In this document: positions 25,573 through 35,395 of the stretch, one piece after another
Numbering within the stretch: position 1 is the first letter of the stretch
How the letters are laid out: the number at the start of each line of letters is the position of its first letter
Origin: a virus
Lineage: Duplodnaviria > Caudoviricetes
IMG/VR virus record: IMGVR_UViG_3300031994_000044
Location: 1-64,000 of that record
Length of the DNA: 64,000 nucleotides
Reading direction: 5' to 3' (one strand)
Made by a program: the position numbers and the translations under genes
Notes under the pieces: generated by a model
The model's input: the letters and a program-made list of their open reading frames with translations, nothing else
Databases searched by the model: none
What the model was told of the DNA's origin: nothing

Positions 25573-26107
25573 TGATGCCGCTGGGAGTCGAACCCAGAAC
25601 CTACAGCTTAGCCTACCACTCTATATTACTATAGCCAAACAAACCATTTGGATGAAAATGTTAAAATGCCTCCTTATTCATCCACTAAGGTACATTTATT
25701 ATTTGTTTGTTGTGGTCTGGACTTGTCTCTTTACCTTATCAGAATTCTTGCAAGTAATGCTTAATCACAAAGTGTTGGATTTCATACCAACAACCTCTTA
25801 CTCCCGCGTAAGTGCTCTATAGAATATTGTAAGCTAACCTTGTTTTAGCACAATTCTGACTTAGGTATCCCCCGTTCAGCCTCTACACGATTATAAGAAG
25901 TGACCATGCTTTATCACTTATTAGATGCCATTTCTGGTTCTTATTTTCGCTCGGCATAGTCCTGGACATTATTGTTTAGTCCACAGCTTTACGTCCTGTT
26001 ACACTAAGGATTTCCGCCGAATTTAGGGGATTCTACCATGGGATTTCTCGCCATAGCACTCCTATTTTTTGAAGGCTGTTGCTCTAATCCAATTGAGCTA
26101 CGGCACC
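25573..26107 (-). tRNA. tRNA-Arg(TCT) interrupted by a group I intron
   Basis: Exons ACAGC-CT T|CT AA-GCTGT. Confidence 0.88.
25612..26071 (-). ncRNA. group I intron (460 nt, no ORF)
   Basis: Inserted after U, ends in G; P-like AAATTCGGCGGAAA, R-like GTAGAGGCTGAACG, S-like AAGAGACAAGTCC. Confidence 0.85.
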
Positions 26108-26176
26108 ATTCTTTCAAAGAACATAATAAATATACAATTAAAATTTCAAATTATCAAATATTATGCCAAACTTTTT

Positions 26177-26980
26177 TTAAAATCTAAATCCTTGTTTAAT
26201 TATTTTATCTTTTTGGATTTTGGCATATGTTCTTGCAATTTTTCGGCCAAAATTATTAATGTTCTTAAGTATTAGATTTTTAGTTAAATTATATTTTTTT
26301 AATTCTTTTTCAAAATTTTCATTATCACTAAGTTCATTATAAATATCAACAATTTCATTATATATTTTGTAACATGGTGTTTTTTTCAAGTTATCATAGG
26401 TGAATACTTCAGGTAATGCCATTACATAAGCGTACATTCCGTTAATATAGCCATCCTGTTCATTCTTTGTACATCCATAGACTAATTTCGCTACTTTTGA
26501 AATAAAATCATTATTATCACTCATATTTGTTATAACTTTTGAATAAACAGAACTGTCAGGAAAATTTCCGCCTATTAAATATTGTTGGTATATGTGTTCA
26601 AACTCATGCTGTATTGTATCCATTACTTCGGTTTTAATTATAGTTCCTGAAACACATGGAATGAATAAGCCTATAACACAATATCTTTTATCAAAACTAC
26701 TCCATCCTTCTGCTTCAACGCCAAATTTATCGTAATATTCTTTTGTATAATAGTTAATTACCTTATATGATATTCCCACATTTATACCAAGTAAATCATA
26801 TTTCAAATATCCATTATATGATGAAAAGAATTTTTCTTTTTCAAAAATTTCCATATTTTCAGAAATATCTTTTTTAAGTATATCAAAAAATTCATTTGTT
26901 TTTTTGGCAATTTCATCAGATATACCAAGTTCTTCCTGTAATATTTTTTTAAATTGAGATTCTGTAATTAAAATTTTCAT
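26177..26980 (-). CDS. hypothetical protein with HExxH motif
   Basis: IQHEFEHIYQ; N-terminal ILITESQFKKIL motif. Confidence 0.75.
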   Translation of the reverse strand: MKILITESQFKKILQEELGISDEIAKKTNEFFDILKKDISENMEIFEKEKFFSSYNGYLKYDLLGINVGISYKVINYYTKEYYDKFGVEAEGWSSFDKRYCVIGLFIPCVSGTIIKTEVMDTIQHEFEHIYQQYLIGGNFPDSSVYSKVITNMSDNNDFISKVAKLVYGCTKNEQDGYINGMYAYVMALPEVFTYDNLKKTPCYKIYNEIVDIYNELSDNENFEKELKKYNLTKNLILKNINNFGRKIARTYAKIQKDKIIKQGFRF

Positions 26981-26999
26981 ATTTTTTAATTATAATTTG

Positions 27000-27071
27000 T
27001 ATGCCAAGAAAGATTTGAACTCTCACTATAACATCCGTAGTGTTATGTGCTATCCGTTACACCATTGGCAC
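27000..27071 (-). tRNA. tRNA-Arg(ACG)
   Basis: TAACA-CT ACG GA-TGTTA. Confidence 0.9.
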
Positions 27072-27080
27072 ATTAATTTG

Positions 27081-27153
27081 TACGCCCGCTGGGACTTGAA
27101 CCCAGGACTCCCACATTAAAAGTGTGGTACTCTACCAACTGAGTTACGAGCGC
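27081..27153 (-). tRNA. tRNA-Lys(TTT)
   Basis: CCACA-CT TTT AA-TGTGG. Confidence 0.93.
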
Positions 27154-27163
27154 ATATTTATTG

Positions 27164-27236
27164 TGGGGAGTGATGGTGCTGACCCATCTTCTTTGGTTTT
27201 TCAGACCAACGCAACAACCGTGTCTGCTAACTCCCC
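27164..27236 (-). tRNA. tRNA-Phe(GAA), atypical T-loop
   Basis: TTGGT-CT GAA AA-ACCAA; T-loop GTCAGCA. Confidence 0.75.
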
Positions 27237-27253
27237 TTAATTGTTATATCAAG

Positions 27254-27327
27254 TCGAGGTGGCGGGACTCGAACCCACGACTTCAGCATCCCAAATGCCG
27301 TGTGCTAGCCAACTGCACCACACCTCG
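27254..27327 (-). tRNA. tRNA-Pro(TGG)
   Basis: CGGCA-TT TGG GA-TGCTG. Confidence 0.92.
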
Positions 27328-27351
27328 TATTATCAAAGAACTATTTATCAG

Positions 27352-27423
27352 AGTCGGCGGAGGGATTTGAACCCACATCGTACTGTTTTGCAGACAGTTA
27401 CCTAACCATTCAGCCACACCGAC
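27352..27423 (-). tRNA. tRNA-Cys(GCA)
   Basis: ACTGT-CT GCA AA-ACAGT, U73. Confidence 0.9.
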
Positions 27424-27430
27424 ATTTTCA

Positions 27431-27506
27431 TCAGTTGGACAGGATTCGAACCTGTGTTTCTTAGCGTCCCGCTTATAGTGTACTAAACCGCTATACGACC
27501 TAACCG
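27431..27506 (-). ncRNA. tRNA-like RNA / pseudo-tRNA, undetermined anticodon
   Basis: Good D and T arms, irregular anticodon arm. Confidence 0.5.
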
Positions 27507-27517
27507 ATGTAATTTTG

Positions 27518-27599
27518 CAAGCAGAACAAGACTCGAACTTGTATCTCACGAATTGGACTCCGTGTGTTTTTCCAAGTGCCTCTTTTAAACTATCTACTC
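27518..27599 (-). ncRNA. tRNA-like RNA / pseudo-tRNA (Trp-like)
   Basis: Perfect T arm, enlarged D loop, non-7-nt loop containing CCA. Confidence 0.5.
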
Positions 27600-27627
27600 T
27601 GTACCGAAGAGCACTCTTCGATATTTG

Positions 27628-27698
27628 CAGGCAGTGAAGGATTCGAACCCTCAACAACGGTTTTGGAGACCGCTATGTTACCATTACACCAACTACCT
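27628..27698 (-). tRNA. tRNA-Trp(CCA)
   Basis: GCGGT-CT CCA AA-ACCGT, G73. Confidence 0.92.
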
Positions 27699-27746
27699 AT
27701 TCTATTTTCAAAGAACCTAATTAAATATACAATTTATTTTTCAATT

Positions 27747-27998
27747 TTACAACTTATTTTTTAATTTTTTTTTATATTCTTCTCTATCTTTATTGGATAG
27801 GAGGGTTTTATTTCTTCCAATGTGCCATTTACCGCATTCAGAACATTTATAAGCCACCATTTTATGGATTGTATTTTCCTTTGTATTTAAAAATCGTGCC
27901 ATTTTCAGGGCTTCTTGTTCTGTGTCAAAAGTTTTCTTTTCTTCAAGTATTCCGTTTGGGCCAATTTTATAATGTGACCTATAATCTCTTTTTGTCAT
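27747..27998 (-). CDS. small zinc-ribbon protein
   Basis: YKCSECGKWHIG. Confidence 0.75.
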   Translation of the reverse strand: MTKRDYRSHYKIGPNGILEEKKTFDTEQEALKMARFLNTKENTIHKMVAYKCSECGKWHIGRNKTLLSNKDREEYKKKLKNKL

Positions 27999-28057
27999 GT
28001 ATTTAAATTTTAATTTCTATTTTCACACTTATCAAAAATTGTGCCAAACTTTTCAAA

Positions 28058-28303
28058 TTATGATAATTCAATTAAATTTTCTTTTTCCATAGCTCTTCTA
28101 ATCCACCTCATTAATATAATGGCCTTATTGTAATAGGGACTAAATGTAGCCGTTTCGCCGCAATCAACTTTATCAGACAAATCAATTTCTAATAGGTATC
28201 TGTTACCTGTGCTTGATGTGATTATATACTCAGCTATACCGCCACTTCTTATGCAGTCAAGTTTTGCGCTACCTGTTACTATTTGTTTTAATGTGTCTTT
28301 CAT
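28058..28303 (-). CDS. hypothetical protein
   Basis: 81 aa, KAIILMRWIRRA. Confidence 0.7.
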   Translation of the reverse strand: MKDTLKQIVTGSAKLDCIRSGGIAEYIITSSTGNRYLLEIDLSDKVDCGETATFSPYYNKAIILMRWIRRAMEKENLIELS

Positions 28304-28666
28304 TATTTTTTGGATTATTTCTTATTATTATTGGGCAATAAAAAAACCTCTGATTTAGTTTTTAGATTGGGAAACTTTCAGAGGTTGGGAATATATTGTG
28401 GTTAGAAACCTATGTGCTTAAATATTTTCAACTGCTCTTCATCTGTTTCCCGTTTGTTTTAAAACACCATTTGCTTTTTGGTGACCATGCAAAAAATGAG
28501 CATTTATAACCTTGGGGGTTATAAGTGTTTGATTTAAATCGTTTAATATTTTGGTTCATTGTTTGCATAATAATTTTTTAAATTGTCGATATTTTACACA
28601 TATAAATATAATATACTTTTAAAAAAGTTAAAAAATTGTTATTTTTTTTTAAAAAAATATTTTTTT

Positions 28667-28903
28667 TTATTGAACTAATTGTATGAATTTTAATGTTTCG
28701 TCTTTTGTATATATAAGATAATCGTCTGAATTATACCAACAGTTATGATGGCAATTATAAAAGGCAATTTCATAATTACCGTTATGTTGGACCAAACATG
28801 GAATTGTTTCCTGGCAATTGGAATTATTTTCCATATGTGGCAAAGTATCAGGAGCATCACACCATAATTGGGTGATGCTCGGATTTTCATTTTTTATCAT
28901 CAT
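28667..28903 (-). CDS. hypothetical protein
   Basis: 78 aa, coupled to upstream stop. Confidence 0.6.
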   Translation of the reverse strand: MMIKNENPSITQLWCDAPDTLPHMENNSNCQETIPCLVQHNGNYEIAFYNCHHNCWYNSDDYLIYTKDETLKFIQLVQ

Positions 28904-29214
28904 TCAAAGTAATCCTCGATTAGTTTATTGATAATGTCAAGTTCAACTCTCAAGTCATTCAATTCAAGTTCATAATTAATTCTATTTCTGGTCCAATCCA
29001 CCATATTAATGTTTTCACCAACGACAAGAGCGTCTGTTGAACGGACAGCCATATCTTCCATGTCAGTAATCTTGGTTTCTATTTCACGGATACGCTTTTC
29101 TGTTTCAAGTTTTTCAGTGTTAAAAGCATCTTGTGCATCTTTTGTGCGCGTTTGGGCTCTTTTTTCGATAAGTTCAGAGCCATTTGTTGTCAACAATTTT
29201 TCAAATTTACTCAT
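28900..29214 (-). CDS. coiled-coil hypothetical protein
   Basis: 104 aa. Confidence 0.75.
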   Translation of the reverse strand: MSKFEKLLTTNGSELIEKRAQTRTKDAQDAFNTEKLETEKRIREIETKITDMEDMAVRSTDALVVGENINMVDWTRNRINYELELNDLRVELDIINKLIEDYFE

Positions 29215-29219
29215 AATAA

Positions 29220-29913
29220 TTAATTTTTTAATATTTTATGTTTTAATTTATATTTTTTTGATTTGAACTCAATGTTTAATATTAAACCATTACTTTCTAA
29301 ATATGCATTAAGTTCGTCATTTATGGTTTTAGTCCATTCTGCTTGGGCACATTTTGTAAGTACTTCAACAGGGTCTTCGTGTGCCATATTTTTTATTGTG
29401 CCAAGTACTAAATTAAGCATTTCGGGACTTTTACATTCTATTGTTGCTTTCCATCTTCTTTCGTTGTTCCAATAATTATATGAAGTTTCTTCCATCATAT
29501 CACACCAAATATTGGAAACATATACATTAGGCCCACACATACCAATATGTAAATTCTTGTCCCCGTAGTCAAATATATTATTAGGCATTACTTCCATAAA
29601 CTTGTCTATGTTTTCTCTTATATCTTGGCTGTCTAATACTATCATAATAGTTATCTTTTCTCCAGCTTTCAAGACAATTACCTATCTTTTCAAAAATGTT
29701 ATTCCCATCACAAGATTTTACTTCGTGCATAATTGAAAGTTCTCTTTTCAGTTCAAAATTATCGGCAAGTTTAATATGTCCAGCGCTAATTAAAGCCTCT
29801 CTTATCACATTAGCATCTTCTGAATTAACTTGTAAATCAAAATTAACGCCATGGTTATTTTTAGGCTCAATTGCTATATTAGAAGTCCCGATTTTATTTG
29901 TTTTTTCCTCCAT
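29220..29913 (-). CDS. hypothetical protein, apparently one gene split by a frameshift near 29672
   Basis: ORF 29581-29913 overlaps ORF 29220-29672, which has only a TTG start. Confidence 0.5.
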
Positions 29914-30066
29914 GTTCTAATTTTTATTAAAGTTATTAAAAATTATTTTTAAAATTAAATATTAATTTTAAACAAAATTAATACTTTTTTCTATCATATT
30001 CTAATTTTTTAAAAATATACAATAATTTTTATTAAAAGTCAACTATTTATAAAAAAATTATTTTTT

Positions 30067-30213
30067 ATGTGCGCATGTAAAGGAAATAGTTCAAGACAAG
30101 TTTCTTCTGTTAAACAAATTGTCAAAAAACCTGCACAAGTGTTTTCAAATAACAAGAAAAACAACAAGACAGGTAAAAGACAAATTGTGTTCAGAAAAAG
30201 AACAGTAAATTAA
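30067..30213 (+). CDS. 48-aa basic protein MCACKG... (not in ORF track)
   Basis: ACTATTTAT at 30042-30050 upstream; K/R-rich. Confidence 0.55.
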   Translation: MCACKGNSSRQVSSVKQIVKKPAQVFSNNKKNNKTGKRQIVFRKRTVN

Positions 30214-31166
30214 TTATGATTAACGATTTTATCAAAAAGATTATAGTTCGTTAATTCTTCTTTCAGTTTCTCGCATAGATATTCCATATCTGGGTGAGGT
30301 TTACCTGTTGTACCATATAAGCGCAAATCAATAAAGTGTTTCCAATCAGATTCAAAGGCTGTATATACAATATCAGATTTTGTTGATAAAGATAAGACTG
30401 TACGTGCTTGTTGTGGAGTCCATCCTTTAAAGATTAAATTGTTATAACAATAATTTGCTGTTGCTATAGCAAAAATCCAATAATCCAATGCAACCCATTC
30501 ACTGTCATTGCCATAAACAATGTCATGGCAAAGATTTTGTAATATTGATTTGGTGTCAAGTTTTTCGATATATTTAACATCTTCATCAGTAAACCATTCA
30601 TGTCTTATAACTGAAACTTCATTTCCGAATTTATCTTTAGTATAATTACAATAACGAGTACTTTCTTCGCCAATGGAATTAACTCTATGCCTATTACCTT
30701 CCCTTGTTACACCAATATCAGTCGTAAACTTAATAGTATATCGTTTCTCATGATATTCTGTAGGTTCACAAAGATATTTCAAATCGTCAAGCCAATCATT
30801 TTCCACTAATACACGATAATTTGTAGTTACATAATAAGCATATTTATAATCATTGCTATATTCGTCACCGTCTTTTATCATTTCTCCTTTTAAAAAGACT
30901 TCGTTATATTTTGAATACTTATTATACTTGTATTTTTCCAATTTGCTACCGTTCCATTGTGCATCCTTAAGATAAACAGTACCATGTTCAAGCATCGCCC
31001 CATGCTTGGAGTTAACCATTCTATCTACAAACTGTTTAGCAGAATCTTCAGTGATTTTATCTTCCGAGTGGTAGCAGGTTCTTCCCGCTATTTCTATTTG
31101 TTTATAGATACCTTCAATACCGTTTTCTTGAGGTATATAGACCGCTTTTGGTTCAATTATATTCAT
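30210..31166 (-). CDS. thyX: FAD-dependent thymidylate synthase
   Basis: AGRTCY, HGAMLEH, REGNRHR...EESTRY, HPDM. Confidence 0.92.
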   Translation of the reverse strand: MNIIEPKAVYIPQENGIEGIYKQIEIAGRTCYHSEDKITEDSAKQFVDRMVNSKHGAMLEHGTVYLKDAQWNGSKLEKYKYNKYSKYNEVFLKGEMIKDGDEYSNDYKYAYYVTTNYRVLVENDWLDDLKYLCEPTEYHEKRYTIKFTTDIGVTREGNRHRVNSIGEESTRYCNYTKDKFGNEVSVIRHEWFTDEDVKYIEKLDTKSILQNLCHDIVYGNDSEWVALDYWIFAIATANYCYNNLIFKGWTPQQARTVLSLSTKSDIVYTAFESDWKHFIDLRLYGTTGKPHPDMEYLCEKLKEELTNYNLFDKIVNHN

Positions 31167-31172
31167 AGATTG

Positions 31173-31838
31173 TTATTTTTTGGTAATTATATTGTCGATT
31201 AAGCCGTAATTTAATGCGTCTACTGGTGAGAACCATTTGTCACGGTCGGCATCTTTTTCAATTTCCTCAAATGATTTACCTGTATTCTCTGATAAAATTC
31301 TATATAAAGTATCTTGAAGTGATTTTGTTTCCTCATAATGGATTTTAACATCGGAAGTTTGTGCCCATCCTGTATATGAAGACACTTGATGTATCATAAT
31401 ACGGCCATTAGGTAATGAAAATCTTTTGCCTTTTGCGCCTGATGACAATAAAATAGAGCCCATGGATGCTGCCATTCCCATACAATATGTGGAAACATCT
31501 GGTTCAACCCAATCCATTATATCATGAATCGCAAGTCCAGATATACAACTACCGCCGCATGTGTTAATAAAAAGCTTAATATCAGATTCAGAATCAATTG
31601 AATTTAAATACATTAATTGTGATGTTATAATGTTAGATACATCACTATCAATTTCAGTTCCAAGAAAAATAATCCTATCTCTTATCAAAGCAGAAAAAAC
31701 ATCAATTGTAACAGCATTTAAAGAACGTTCTTCAACAATTGAAGGACTTATTATACTATTTGTTTTTCTTTTGTAATCATTAATTGTGTTGCTATTAAGT
31801 CCTTTAGAAATAGCAAATTTCATAAAATCATCATTCAT
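31173..31838 (-). CDS. clpP: ATP-dependent Clp protease proteolytic subunit
   Basis: DRIIFLG, GMAASMGS, RIMIHQ, DRDKWF. Confidence 0.95.
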   Translation of the reverse strand: MNDDFMKFAISKGLNSNTINDYKRKTNSIISPSIVEERSLNAVTIDVFSALIRDRIIFLGTEIDSDVSNIITSQLMYLNSIDSESDIKLFINTCGGSCISGLAIHDIMDWVEPDVSTYCMGMAASMGSILLSSGAKGKRFSLPNGRIMIHQVSSYTGWAQTSDVKIHYEETKSLQDTLYRILSENTGKSFEEIEKDADRDKWFSPVDALNYGLIDNIITKK

Positions 31839-31865
31839 AAATTTTTATTATTTAAATTTTTATTT

Positions 31866-32075
31866 TTACCATAAATCATAGTCAGTTATATTTTCTTCTT
31901 TTCAACAACAAAAACATTTAATTGAAACCGCTGTACCAATTGAAGTTGGAGTAAATCTATAACTTATATTTCCGCCTATAGTTGTAGGATGCCGTTTTTC
32001 GCATTCAAGATGTTCTTGCTCGAATTTTTCTGCTGCTCGTACTTCTTTTTCAGACATTATAAATTCTTTTATCAT
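31866..32075 (-). pseudogene. small phage gene with in-frame TGA at 31902-31904
   Basis: ...YRFTPTSIGTAVSIKCFCC*KEENITDYDLW*. Confidence 0.55.
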
Positions 32076-32087
32076 AATTTTATTCTT

Positions 32088-32897
32088 TTATTTTTCGCAT
32101 GTAATTAAAGTTAAGTAATTATCTACATCATCAAGCCTATATCTATTTATCAATCTAATATTATTAAATCCAATGCCTTTTAATTTTTTAAATGTCTCAT
32201 CTTCTGATGGAATTGTTGTATTTACGCCAAAAAATACTGTGGCATTTACTTTTGGTTTAAAATTGTTCGTAAAAAGGTCAAAATAAAATATACCTCCATT
32301 TTTCAACTGTTTATACACTTGTTTGTAATACTCATTTCGTTGTTTTTCAGTAATGTGTTGAAAAACATTAGTTGAATATACTAAATCAAATTGTATATTA
32401 TTTAATTCATATGGGATACCGTTTTTTTGAATTTCAATAAAAGATGTATCATATCCATTAAATTTATTTTTTAAATCAGGATTTATAATCGAATTTACAT
32501 AATCAATACCATAATACCTAAATCCTAAACAAGATAAATAATGAGCGGCACCTCCAAAACCAAAACCAATTTCTAAACAGGTTGGCTTATTTTTTAACAT
32601 TTTTTTAATTAAATTACCAATTTGACTATGGCAACGATATTGTTCGGATTCAAATATTTTATAATCACAGTCATATTTTTTACTCCCATGAACACTGTGT
32701 AATGGAAATTTTAATTTTGCATAAGTCCAAAATTTTTTCCAATTAAAATTATTTTCATTATAATCAATTATATTTTCATCAGAGAGTTCTTCAAATGCAA
32801 TTGAACATGGAGGTACTTCATCTATGTTTTTAATATCATTATCACCATAAAGTGTTTTTGCTGTATCTATTATCTCTTCACAAATTTTGTTGCTCAT
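32088..32897 (-). CDS. class I SAM-dependent methyltransferase
   Basis: LEIGFGFG, FDLVYSTNVFQHI, LKNGG. Confidence 0.85.
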   Translation of the reverse strand: MSNKICEEIIDTAKTLYGDNDIKNIDEVPPCSIAFEELSDENIIDYNENNFNWKKFWTYAKLKFPLHSVHGSKKYDCDYKIFESEQYRCHSQIGNLIKKMLKNKPTCLEIGFGFGGAAHYLSCLGFRYYGIDYVNSIINPDLKNKFNGYDTSFIEIQKNGIPYELNNIQFDLVYSTNVFQHITEKQRNEYYKQVYKQLKNGGIFYFDLFTNNFKPKVNATVFFGVNTTIPSEDETFKKLKGIGFNNIRLINRYRLDDVDNYLTLITCEK

Positions 32898-32909
32898 AAT
32901 AATTTTATT

Positions 32910-33767
32910 TTAATAGTTTATTAATTCTTCTTCATCTTTTTCCAAATCAGAAATGTCATTTATTTTAAATTTATAAAAACCGCCCTCAGGATTTGGTACA
33001 TTAACATATTTGTATGAAACATCTAATTTATCATCAACATCCAAATCCCAAATTACAAAACCATGTCCTGTAATTGATTCACCAAAATCTTTTTGGTTTA
33101 TACTTGAGCAATAGACAATTTTTACATCATTTTTGTTTAATTCTTGCCTCTTATGAATATGCCCGGCCATAACAAAATCACAGCCGTCAAACATATCTTG
33201 TGAAACACCTGTTTCGGAAACAAAATTAGTTACTGTTATTGCCCCGTTAATTTCGCCATGAATGAGTCCAACATAAAAGTTGTCCTTTTTATCGGTTTCT
33301 TTATAAAGTGCTTTGTGTGCCTCTATATCGGGCTTATTAAAGCCATTAAACGATGAATATAAACACCATGACACATTATCATCGTCATAAATGCCCGATT
33401 GGTAATTAAGTTCTTTATCCAGAAAGACCACTTGATTGTATGTTCCAATCTTAAACAATGGGGTTAATGAATCTATTCGGTCAGTATTATTCATTAAAAA
33501 ATCATGGTTTCCTGCAATTACAATTGTTTTGCATATTTTGTCCAATTCTGAAAAAAACCAATTGGCACAAAGTATAGACTCATTGGAAATATTAATCTTG
33601 GAATGAAAAATATCCCCTAAAACAACAATACGCACTTGTTCAGGTCCTTCTTCTTTAGCAATTTTCTTGCATTGGTCAATGAATCTTGTTAGAACTTCTT
33701 TAAGTTCATCAATTCCTTTTAGCGCCGGTATATGAATATCTGCGCAAGCTATTATTTTTGTTATCAT
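32910..33767 (-). CDS. SbcD/Mre11-like nuclease (gp47-like)
   Basis: ADIH, LGDIFH, AGNHD, HG, AGHIHKRQ, QKDFGE. Confidence 0.9.
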   Translation of the reverse strand: MITKIIACADIHIPALKGIDELKEVLTRFIDQCKKIAKEEGPEQVRIVVLGDIFHSKINISNESILCANWFFSELDKICKTIVIAGNHDFLMNNTDRIDSLTPLFKIGTYNQVVFLDKELNYQSGIYDDDNVSWCLYSSFNGFNKPDIEAHKALYKETDKKDNFYVGLIHGEINGAITVTNFVSETGVSQDMFDGCDFVMAGHIHKRQELNKNDVKIVYCSSINQKDFGESITGHGFVIWDLDVDDKLDVSYKYVNVPNPEGGFYKFKINDISDLEKDEEELINY

Positions 33768-34767
33768 AAATCCCTGTTATTTCTATTGTATTAAATTGTT
33801 TAGCCGATTTCATGGCCTTTATTATTCCTTCTTTTCCACATTCTTCGTATATTTCACCGAAATCCTTCCATGGCAAGTCTTCTTCACCAAGCCTTATATA
33901 CTTTATACGGCCAGTTAACTCACCTGTATTCAATAATGAGTAAATTCTTTTTGTATCACTTATATTTGTGTCACCGTCAAGGCATATTATTATATTGGCA
34001 TTTGCTCGTTCCACCAATTTATTATAAAGTTCCATCTTTTCAGTGAGATATTTGCCCATTAAAGAAATACAATTTGGAAAATATATACAATCAATGGCAC
34101 CTTCGACGAGATATATGTCACAATCCCATTGGATTTTGTCTTCATGGAGAATTATTTGACTTTTATCTGCGTCACAGTTTTTATATTTAACTCTTTTATC
34201 ATTATCTCTGAATGTACGCCCAATAAAATAATTTAAATCGCCTGTTGAATCATACGATGGAAAAATAATTCTATTTCGCCATGAAAATTCTTCACCGTCC
34301 CATCCTGTAACACCAATATTATAAAAGTCAATTATGTCTTGCGTTATTTTTCTTTTTTCAAGATATGCCTTTAAAACCTTATTTGTAGTCGTATTTAAGT
34401 CAATTTTTTTAAATGTTTTGGGTAATTTTAGATAGTTTTCACTAAAAAATTCACTATTATCTTTAAAAAGGTCAAGATTGTAATACTTGCTCTCTTTAAT
34501 GTCTTTTATTATCCTGAAATATTCATTATATACCTCTTTACCGCCAAGCCTTTTGACCAATGAGGATAAATTTCCGGCAATTCCACAGGACCAACAATGA
34601 TATTTACCCATGGAAAATGAAATTTCCAAATTATATTTGTTATCAACATAACCCTTCTCTTCAGCACAACTCGGACAGTTGAACTGATATTGCGATACAG
34701 TGCTGTCATAAGAGCCTTGTTTGCTTTCACCAAGTAAATTTGTTATTATGCCGTATATTCGTTGCAT
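33709..34767 (-). CDS. DNA primase
   Basis: CPSC...YHCWSC zinc finger, RIIFP, EGAID, LDGD TOPRIM; start moved to MQRIYG. Confidence 0.9.
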   Translation of the reverse strand: MQRIYGIITNLLGESKQGSYDSTVSQYQFNCPSCAEEKGYVDNKYNLEISFSMGKYHCWSCGIAGNLSSLVKRLGGKEVYNEYFRIIKDIKESKYYNLDLFKDNSEFFSENYLKLPKTFKKIDLNTTTNKVLKAYLEKRKITQDIIDFYNIGVTGWDGEEFSWRNRIIFPSYDSTGDLNYFIGRTFRDNDKRVKYKNCDADKSQIILHEDKIQWDCDIYLVEGAIDCIYFPNCISLMGKYLTEKMELYNKLVERANANIIICLDGDTNISDTKRIYSLLNTGELTGRIKYIRLGEEDLPWKDFGEIYEECGKEGIIKAMKSAKQFNTIEITGIYDNKNNSLRRYSYTGAKRN

Positions 34768-34873
34768 TGATAATTTTTTATTTAAATTTACAAAAATTTT
34801 ATTAAAAAACAAATTTAACATTAAAAAAGGTGGCGAAAAATCGTCACCCTTTATTTTTCATTATCATTATTTA

Positions 34874-35362
34874 TTAAGGCCATTCACCGCAATCAACTTC
34901 ATCATATGTGATTAGTTTTCCACCTCTGCCTGGTTCGTCTAAATAAACATAACATTTAAGACCTTTTTCTTTTATTCTAACGCCTCCTTTTTTCCAATCA
35001 TACTTAATAATTTCCGGAATGAGCGCCGGTTCACCTTCATCGGTCTTTATTGGTTGATATTCATATATTTCATATCCGGTTGCATCGGTGCCGACCAAAT
35101 ATCTATCATAAGGCTTGATATTATCTAAAGGTTCTGTTTCACGAATACCAATAACAGTATATACGCCATCACAATTATCATATACCTGATTATCGCCCAC
35201 ATAATGAGTATATGTTACTGCACTATTAGTTTGTCCGCTATTAATGGTGTCAATAACAATATATTCTGTCCATGGGTCGAGAACATTTTTTTCTCTTAAA
35301 TAGTTATAAGATTCTCTACTGCCTTTCCAATGTCTGATTAAATGTTTTTCGTTGTTTGACAT
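34874..35362 (-). CDS. hypothetical structural protein
   Basis: C-terminal VDCGEW motif shared with fibre-like proteins. Confidence 0.7.
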   Translation of the reverse strand: MSNNEKHLIRHWKGSRESYNYLREKNVLDPWTEYIVIDTINSGQTNSAVTYTHYVGDNQVYDNCDGVYTVIGIRETEPLDNIKPYDRYLVGTDATGYEIYEYQPIKTDEGEPALIPEIIKYDWKKGGVRIKEKGLKCYVYLDEPGRGGKLITYDEVDCGEWP

Positions 35363-35395
35363 TATATTATATTATATTATATTTAAAAATTATTC

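Noticed and set aside
20543-27764. Track ORFs across the tRNA region (e.g. 20543-20827, 22405-22662, 23848-24150, 27283-27657)
   Set aside because: Shadow frames over RNA genes; the 26177-26980 gene is retained as real
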